Source: a virus
Virus record (IMG/VR): IMGVR_UViG_3300037247_001689
Coordinates: 32,001-96,000 of that record
DNA length: 64,000 nucleotides
Strand: one strand, 5' to 3'
Shown: one piece after another, positions 9,825 to 15,980 of the stretch
Numbering within the stretch: the stretch's first letter is position 1
Layout of the letters: the number at the start of each line of letters is the position of its first letter
The notes under the pieces: model-generated
What the model saw: the letters and a program-made list of their open reading frames with translations, nothing else
The model's database searches: none
Told to the model about the DNA's origin: nothing
Made by a program: the position numbers and the translations under genes

Positions 9825-10298
9825 TTATTGACTGAGACTCCTATAGCATGTCTCAATATATTTACTTCCTATGTTTACCCTAACAACCATATTATTAAAC
9901 ACATAATTGACAAATTCAGCGCCCATAATTAGAACGAGCTTCCCGTTCAATATTGTTTTTTCAATATCTTTGACGGTTATTTCTCTTTGACACATTCTTA
10001 ATACGCAGTGCCTATGTAATTTATATTGAGAATGTTCTTTTCTGTCAGGCGAAGATTTTCTTAGTACCAAATCATGTCCAGTGTTGATATGCTCTGTTGG
10101 TATTTTAATTTTAACAGACCTCAATGGTACTACATGATTGCATTTTATACACCATTTGAACCCTTTATTAATTATTTCATATTCATGTTCACATGCGTCA
10201 CTTAATGATATCGCGTGGTCACATTTTAGGCATCTATAATAAAAATTACCTTTCTTTTTTCTTGATGGTGTTAATTTGTAATCATGCTCGCATTCCAT
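9825..10298 (-). CDS. Zn-ribbon repeat plus DUF4258-like (RelE/BrnT-fold) protein
   Basis: Two CEHxY..CxKCxH units; C-terminal HCVLRMCQREITVKDIEKTILNG..Y..VRVN. Confidence 0.6.
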   Translation of the reverse strand: MECEHDYKLTPSRKKKGNFYYRCLKCDHAISLSDACEHEYEIINKGFKWCIKCNHVVPLRSVKIKIPTEHINTGHDLVLRKSSPDRKEHSQYKLHRHCVLRMCQREITVKDIEKTILNGKLVLIMGAEFVNYVFNNMVVRVNIGSKYIETCYRSLSQ

Positions 10299-10306
10299 AA
10301 TCCCTC

Positions 10307-10495
10307 TTATCCTTTTGCCACAATTTCGGTTTTATTAACCTCAACCATGCAATCGTTGACGAATTCCATATCAGAAGCCAATTGTTCCTGATTATCTGGC
10401 TCTTCATCCCATCGTTGGTCAAATCTCTCACGGGCATGAGTCAGCATATTTTTAAACGCCATGAACTCAGATACTGTGTCACATTGAATTTTCAT
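10307..10495 (-). CDS. hypothetical protein
   Basis: Acidic 62-aa ORF packed in a minus-strand operon. Confidence 0.6.
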   Translation of the reverse strand: MKIQCDTVSEFMAFKNMLTHARERFDQRWDEEPDNQEQLASDMEFVNDCMVEVNKTEIVAKG

Positions 10496-10503
10496 AATTT
10501 CTT

Positions 10504-10719
10504 TTATTCTTTTAGTGAATCATTAACACTTTTTATTTCATCGAATACATTGGAATTAACATCTTTTTTACACAACTTGTAATCTTCAAGCGGACAATCA
10601 GGATGTATTTTATCAATGTTAAATTTTGGATCTGCTGGGATTGGACAGCCTTCTATTTTTAAATACAGCTCAATATAAATACACTCCCTGCAAAATTCTA
10701 TTTTTAATGCTCTAGCCAT
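10504..10719 (-). CDS. small Cys-rich hypothetical protein (start uncertain)
   Basis: CxECxY..CP..IHPDCPL pattern. Confidence 0.55.
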   Translation of the reverse strand: MARALKIEFCRECIYIELYLKIEGCPIPADPKFNIDKIHPDCPLEDYKLCKKDVNSNVFDEIKSVNDSLKE

Positions 10720-10787
10720 AATAAACCAAATATAAAGTATGTTATCCACCCCTATCTTTTTAATTACAGAGGTAGTGGATGGGGTTA

Positions 10788-10964
10788 TTAATAGTCTGGG
10801 TGCATTACTATAAAAATATGAGGGCAATAGTCACATTCGACTGTTTGAACTTGTTTTTTATCTTTGTTGAACTCAAAATTATCCACATCAATGTCAAAAT
10901 AATCATGACATTTTGGACATTCAACCTCAAATGTTTCTACTTTTTCGCATTTCACTGTTTCCAT
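10788..10964 (-). CDS. zinc-ribbon protein
   Basis: ECPKC and ECDYC pairs; GAGAGGGG SD. Confidence 0.65.
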   Translation of the reverse strand: METVKCEKVETFEVECPKCHDYFDIDVDNFEFNKDKKQVQTVECDYCPHIFIVMHPDY

Positions 10965-11009
10965 AACACCCCTCTCAAATAATATATATAGTATATTCAG
11001 CAATGAATT

Positions 11010-11228
11010 TTAATTAAAACCTTCGATAAAATTACGCATTTTATCCTGAGTATCCAAATTGTTTGTTATCAATAATTGCATACCCATTTGAATCGCAATA
11101 TGCCCTGCTGTTTCGGGATGATTGCCTAAGTCAGAAGCCATTGAAGTGTACGCTCCTGTCGTATCTCCTGTGTCTAAAATCTCAATAGCTCTTTTCTTGC
11201 TCCAATCTAAATGCTCTTGCCTTGTCAT
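11010..11228 (-). CDS. phage hypothetical protein
   Basis: CAGGAGACGA SD then MTRQEHLDWSKKRAIE... Confidence 0.7.
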   Translation of the reverse strand: MTRQEHLDWSKKRAIEILDTGDTTGAYTSMASDLGNHPETAGHIAIQMGMQLLITNNLDTQDKMRNFIEGFN

Positions 11229-11303
11229 TATTTCGTCTCCTGAAGTTAAAATACTATATTCACCCACGACTCCGATTTTTTGAAAGCCGTGGGAGCGATG
11301 TTT

Positions 11304-11579
11304 TTAGATATTTCTTGTCTTAACCGAGTTAGCAATATAGCAAAACCGGATTGCTTTTTTAACGCTTGTATATTTTCTTAAAATAAAACCAACCTGACCG
11401 GCTCTATTAGCCCCGATTAAAACAACATTTGTCTTTAGTCCCATGGATGGTACAATTCTGCACTTGTTAATTTTACCAGTTACCGTTCTCTTTTTCCTGT
11501 TAACCGGCTTTTGATGATCAGTTGGATTTGTTTGTCCGATCATGTTATTTTTGTGTTTTTTTGATTGCAAAGTAAACAT
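11304..11579 (-). CDS. basic hypothetical protein
   Basis: GAGAGGG SD; first gene after the promoter at about 11700. Confidence 0.55.
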   Translation of the reverse strand: MFTLQSKKHKNNMIGQTNPTDHQKPVNRKKRTVTGKINKCRIVPSMGLKTNVVLIGANRAGQVGFILRKYTSVKKAIRFCYIANSVKTRNI

Positions 11580-11675
11580 TTTCCCTCTCAAAATAAGTTT
11601 CAAATTCCTACGATATCCAACCTCTAACAGTGACCTTTTGACCCATGCGGGTAGGTATGTTTTAGTTGTTGATTG

Positions 11676-11705
11676 AATATATAACTTATATTAATTAAAT
11701 GTCAA
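11676..11705 (-). promoter_or_regulatory. sigma70-type promoter with ATAAGTTAT box
   Basis: TTGACA at 11705-11700, AT-rich -10 region; ATAACTTAT at 11681-11689. Confidence 0.55.
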
Positions 11706-11734
11706 GTATTTATTTTCCCTGATAAATTTTGGAC

Positions 11735-11771
11735 AAAAAAAATGCGTACCGTTTTACCGATACGCATTTTT
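11735..11771 (-). terminator. intrinsic terminator after the OMP gene
   Basis: ATGCGTATCG/CGGTACGCAT stem followed by a T run on the minus strand. Confidence 0.75.
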
Positions 11772-11833
11772 AAATCTTAATGCCGATTCAATTGCAAAAA
11801 CTATATACTTAACTAAGTTGGATAATTTGTCAA

Positions 11834-12580
11834 CTAATAATCTGATTGGCTAAATGGAATTCTAATACCGATTGAAATCATATTGGCACTCATATTCCCG
11901 TGAGTGTATTCAATCCCCTTTCTTTTATTAGGAGCATTAATATTTTTATATTCAAGCGAAATCATCATTCCTTCAGGATGACTTTGATCCCAAGATATAT
12001 CTATTTTAGCCCCTTTAATAGTGGCTTGATCAATCTTAGCCTTGTTACCGTTTTTATCCTCAGCCTCTACCATTCCAAATCCCCCAAATATAGCAAAATT
12101 CCAATCTGATCTTGTTGTCAGATACAGCCCTGCTAAAAGAGAGTACATTTGGACCTCCCATTCATGGTGAAAAGCCGACCCTTCGAGTTTTCTTTTCTGT
12201 ATTTTTGTAAAATTAGAATATTGGAATTGCAAATAAACCCATTTATTAAAGTTTGTTCTGATTCCAAGCTCATAGTTTGTCATCTCAAACTGTTCTTCAC
12301 CGTTAGAAGGTGTCATGATCATAGGAAACATAATTTCGCCTTCCCAATTAGATCTCTCATAATCAATATTAGATTGAGTACCTGCTTCACATGTAAAATC
12401 ACATGTTTTACATACAGGACATGCCTTTTGTGTATCTTCACAAACAAATGATTCAGATTCAACAGGCGCAGGGCAAAACTTTTCCTGAACAAAATTAAGT
12501 TTTTTTGGTGCTGGCGGTTCTGCAAGACAAATCCCCGAAACAAAAAACATCATCGTAAATAAAATCAATAACTTTTTCAT
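11834..12580 (-). CDS. outer-membrane beta-barrel protein with Cys-rich N-terminal segment
   Basis: Signal peptide; alternating amphipathic strands (YELGIRTNF, VYLQFQY, FAIFGGFG, ISLEYK, ISIGIRIPF). Confidence 0.65.
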   Translation of the reverse strand: MKKLLILFTMMFFVSGICLAEPPAPKKLNFVQEKFCPAPVESESFVCEDTQKACPVCKTCDFTCEAGTQSNIDYERSNWEGEIMFPMIMTPSNGEEQFEMTNYELGIRTNFNKWVYLQFQYSNFTKIQKRKLEGSAFHHEWEVQMYSLLAGLYLTTRSDWNFAIFGGFGMVEAEDKNGNKAKIDQATIKGAKIDISWDQSHPEGMMISLEYKNINAPNKRKGIEYTHGNMSANMISIGIRIPFSQSDY

Positions 12581-12712
12581 ACTTTCTCCAAATGGAATTT
12601 AAAATTAACTAGTTGAAATATTATTAAAAATGACAGGTATTAAGTCAAATAGCCCTGTTTGACCATAAAACAGCTTTCAATTAGGATAAAATTAAATTTA
12701 AACGAGGTTATT

Positions 12713-12868
12713 ATGTTCGAGAAAGGCATTTACGCCCTTTTCTTCCTGATCGGTCTATATTATATGATTGGTGTGACATGCTTTAGTACAGATGAGAATA
12801 TCGTATGGCTTAGAGATTTTGTCGGAGTAGAAGAAAAGTGCTCAATTGTGCTTAAAAATAAATTATAA
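12713..12868 (+). CDS. small membrane protein
   Basis: GAGG SD; one hydrophobic segment. Confidence 0.55.
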   Translation: MFEKGIYALFFLIGLYYMIGVTCFSTDENIVWLRDFVGVEEKCSIVLKNKL

Positions 12869-12876
12869 AGGTTAAA

Positions 12877-13302
12877 ATGGCAAATAACGATCAAAAATTG
12901 AAGAAAGATTTTGAAGAACTGAAGATAACAAATACCGATCTTGGCAAAAAATTGGGTGTTGTTTCAGGTGAGTTGACAAAGGCGAATAAGAAAATTGAAG
13001 AAGATTCAAAACTGTCAGATCAGCTAAAAACAGCAAATGAAAAAATCCAGGCTTTGGAATCTGAAAAATCAAAACTTGAAAAAGTAGTTGGTAAAGTTTC
13101 TGGTACATTTCCAAAATTACCACTTATAAAAGACCAAATCACAGAAAATATCAAAATTTGTGAAGCCGGTTTCGGGCAAAATGATGACATGAGAAAAGTA
13201 GTCTTTCTTTTGACTACTAAAAAAGAAGGGAAAATAATGATGACAGCAACATACAAAGACGGAAAATGTGTTGATGTTAATTTCCAACCGATACTAAAAT
13301 AA
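12877..13302 (+). CDS. coiled-coil protein
   Basis: Heptad-rich N-terminal half with repeated V(V)GxVSG; overlaps the next start. Confidence 0.7.
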   Translation: MANNDQKLKKDFEELKITNTDLGKKLGVVSGELTKANKKIEEDSKLSDQLKTANEKIQALESEKSKLEKVVGKVSGTFPKLPLIKDQITENIKICEAGFGQNDDMRKVVFLLTTKKEGKIMMTATYKDGKCVDVNFQPILK

Positions 13303-13829
13303 TGGAAGCAGAAGAAATTTTTGAACGGGAACATGGGCCAAAAAAACCTGTAAAAGAAGAACATAAATCGCCAATTGTGGATGGACGGATATTGGCTGTT
13401 GATGAGAAACTTACAAAGATTCAGGTTTTTGCAACAAAGTGGCAACGTCAGTTAGTTAAAAATGAAACATTGCTATCCTTTGTCTGTTTTTTTTTAGGTG
13501 TCATATACTCCTACGCCATAAATAAATGCACAGGGGATTTTAATGTTGCTTGGTATACATATGTTTTAGCTATTGGATGGGGGATATCGTTTTCTCTTTT
13601 ACTTATCAGAGAGGGCAGTCTCCCACTTTCAATTATTGCTAAATTTATATTAATATTCCTTGTTGGACATGTATCGTTAATGTTTTTTGTTGCGGCTGAT
13701 TCCCAAACATTTCATTTATTCACTGTTAATGTTTGTCGCATCCCTTTCGGGTGGAATGAATTAACATGGTGGACTTTGGGATTATTAAGCGGGTACTTAA
13801 TAATTAATTTATACAGAATTAAAAGATGA
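13302..13829 (+). CDS. integral membrane protein (about 4 TM, possible holin-like)
   Basis: Four hydrophobic segments, basic C-terminus. Confidence 0.65.
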   Translation: MEAEEIFEREHGPKKPVKEEHKSPIVDGRILAVDEKLTKIQVFATKWQRQLVKNETLLSFVCFFLGVIYSYAINKCTGDFNVAWYTYVLAIGWGISFSLLLIREGSLPLSIIAKFILIFLVGHVSLMFFVAADSQTFHLFTVNVCRIPFGWNELTWWTLGLLSGYLIINLYRIKR

Positions 13830-14266
13830 AGTATATTTTTATATTATTGATATTATCAGCATGTAGTGGGGAACTTAAAAACCCTGAAAAAGTTGAAAAG
13901 TTCGAATTCCCAGAAAAGCCAGTGATAGAAATAATTCCAGCTTTAGTTCTAAGTGATGTCATTGGTGATGATGTCGAAATGATCACAGAGCCGAAAGGTG
14001 ATAATGATGAATTGTTAAAAAAGATTGATCAACTGGTTTTAGATATGAAAGATATCCAAGAAAAATCAGTTTCCAAAATTGAACACAAGAAGCAGATACC
14101 AATTTCAGAAGTATTAAAAGACAAAAGCATCAAGCATACTGGACATTACGGCGGTGGAACGAATTGCAGGGGTAAGATATATCGAAAAGAATATTATGAA
14201 TCGTGGTTGTATTTTCATGTTGATTGCAACGGAAATTATACAGAACAACAAGTAAGGAGAAGATAA
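13826..14266 (+). CDS. lipoprotein
   Basis: MKYIFILLILSA-C lipobox; ATGA overlap. Confidence 0.7.
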   Translation: MKYIFILLILSACSGELKNPEKVEKFEFPEKPVIEIIPALVLSDVIGDDVEMITEPKGDNDELLKKIDQLVLDMKDIQEKSVSKIEHKKQIPISEVLKDKSIKHTGHYGGGTNCRGKIYRKEYYESWLYFHVDCNGNYTEQQVRRR

Positions 14267-14547
14267 TGTTTTTTGGATGGGAGGAGGTAGTTGCATTTTG
14301 GTTGGCTTTCGGAGGAATATGGTCAGTAGCTTTAATTGCGTTATTGATGGTGGTAGGCCAATTGTCTTTAAACAAATTAAAAACACCTACTGATATTGTT
14401 CAGAGAAGGAATTATAAAGACAGCATTTCCAACGCAAATTTGGGGAAAACGAATCTAAGAAGGTTTGCTGAAGCATCAAGGATGTTAGTTATAAATTTTA
14501 TTATTGTCGTCTCATTTTTAGTAATTCTGTATAAGATTTTTTCATGA
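14266..14547 (+). CDS. 2-TM membrane protein
   Basis: AAGGAG SD, TAATG overlap, two hydrophobic segments. Confidence 0.65.
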   Translation: MFFGWEEVVAFWLAFGGIWSVALIALLMVVGQLSLNKLKTPTDIVQRRNYKDSISNANLGKTNLRRFAEASRMLVINFIIVVSFLVILYKIFS

Positions 14548-15467
14548 ATCAAATAATTATCCCTCGCAGCGAATTCTTCCAGAAAGGATTCGTGAAAGCG
14601 CACACGAGAAAGGGCAAGCAAGTCGCCTCGTACTTCACTAAAACCAAGAAAAACGTAGCCATTGTTCGCCACAAAACCAAGACCAGAATGGATTTAAGCG
14701 GTGACCAAGCGAAGGCGAAAATCAAAGCTTTGGAATCGAAAAAACAGCGCCATTCAGAGCATATCGACCACGCCACGATTTTAAAAGCAGAGGTTGAAAA
14801 GCACAAAGCACAAGGAAATACCCATTTTAAAGTAGGGAAAACAGAGCATCATGTGGATAAAGTCTTGAAAGATTTAAAAGACCATATCGACCATCATTCC
14901 AATGAAAAAAAGTCCCATGATAATCATATAAATAAAATCAAAGATCGGCACGAAACGGAGGCGAAACACTGGGAGAAGAAAGCGGTGGTAATTGAGTCTA
15001 AGAAAAAGCTTCCTAAGAAGGCAGTGACGATCTCTGGTAAAAAAATTAAGGGTAACAGCGGGAAAACAAAAACATATGAAATAAGTACAAGAGAAAAGGT
15101 GAGTCAAACAACTGGGAATTTAGATTATACTCTTGAAAAACTAAAAGGTAATGAAATAATTGATATCAAAGATGTTAAGGAATATGGTGAGACTTTAAAA
15201 CTTGTAAAATACTGGAAAACAAGATCAGCCATAGTTGAATCAAAAACCAAAGAAGATGCAATCAGTAAGATAGAATCAAATAGGTTCGGACTCGGAGCAT
15301 CTACTATTGAAATTGTAAGCGTAAAAGAGATTGATAGCAAAAGAAGTAAACAGAGTAAACAACCTATTATTGAAGCTGAGGAAATACTTTATGAAATGGA
15401 TGCAAAAGGGGTAGATAGATATTTGGGGTACACAAGAAAAGAGCTTATGGACAGCCTTGGTTTGTAA
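14544..15467 (+). CDS. polyvalent-family protein with shared FxKGFVxxHTRKGK leader
   Basis: First ~160 aa homologous to residues ~445-600 of the 1640-aa protein and to the N-terminus of 15981. Confidence 0.8.
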   Translation: MNQIIIPRSEFFQKGFVKAHTRKGKQVASYFTKTKKNVAIVRHKTKTRMDLSGDQAKAKIKALESKKQRHSEHIDHATILKAEVEKHKAQGNTHFKVGKTEHHVDKVLKDLKDHIDHHSNEKKSHDNHINKIKDRHETEAKHWEKKAVVIESKKKLPKKAVTISGKKIKGNSGKTKTYEISTREKVSQTTGNLDYTLEKLKGNEIIDIKDVKEYGETLKLVKYWKTRSAIVESKTKEDAISKIESNRFGLGASTIEIVSVKEIDSKRSKQSKQPIIEAEEILYEMDAKGVDRYLGYTRKELMDSLGL

Positions 15468-15492
15468 AGCCTGTAAGGAAAACAGGCTTTAC
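15464..15492. terminator. hairpin between convergent genes
   Basis: GTAAAGCCTGT / ACAGGCTTTAC perfect 11-bp stem. Confidence 0.7.
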
Positions 15493-15498
15493 TTACTA

Positions 15499-15801
15499 CT
15501 ATTCCCAATCATTGAGAGCGCTTTTAAGATAATTTATCTCAGATTCAAAAAATGCCTTTGCAGTTTTATTTTCCACGAAAGTTTCTTGATCAGCGTCAAC
15601 TTTGTCTAACAGAATATAATGCAAATATCTATCAGCACAAGCGTCTGACATATTTGAATAAGCTTTTTGGATTTCGACCAACTCAACGTCCCATTGCCCA
15701 TCTTTAAAAAGATATTCGCTATCGGACGGGATAAAGTTTTCAATAAGCTCATATCTTTCTTCATCTGATAAATTCACTTCCATGTTTGTTGTTGTTTCCA
15801 T
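15499..15801 (-). CDS. acidic hypothetical protein
   Basis: AAGGAGACGA SD; lies downstream of promoter copy 2. Confidence 0.75.
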   Translation of the reverse strand: METTTNMEVNLSDEERYELIENFIPSDSEYLFKDGQWDVELVEIQKAYSNMSDACADRYLHYILLDKVDADQETFVENKTAKAFFESEINYLKSALNDWE

Positions 15802-15849
15802 TTCGTCTCCTTAAAGTTTCAATTAAAAATACCCTCACTCGTTAAATTT

Positions 15850-15898
15850 AGAATCACAAACTTGTCGGAATCCGTCAAGTAAATAATAACTTATTTTA
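15850..15898 (-). promoter_or_regulatory. repeated promoter/operator cassette, copy 2
   Basis: TGTCGGAATCCGTCAAGTAAATAATAACTTATTTTA at 15863-15898. Confidence 0.8.
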
Positions 15899-15980
15899 AA
15901 ATAAAAACAAATCACCCCCTGTTTGCCTTTCTACTACCTTTAATAGTATAGATAAACAAACCCATATACTATAGATAAAA

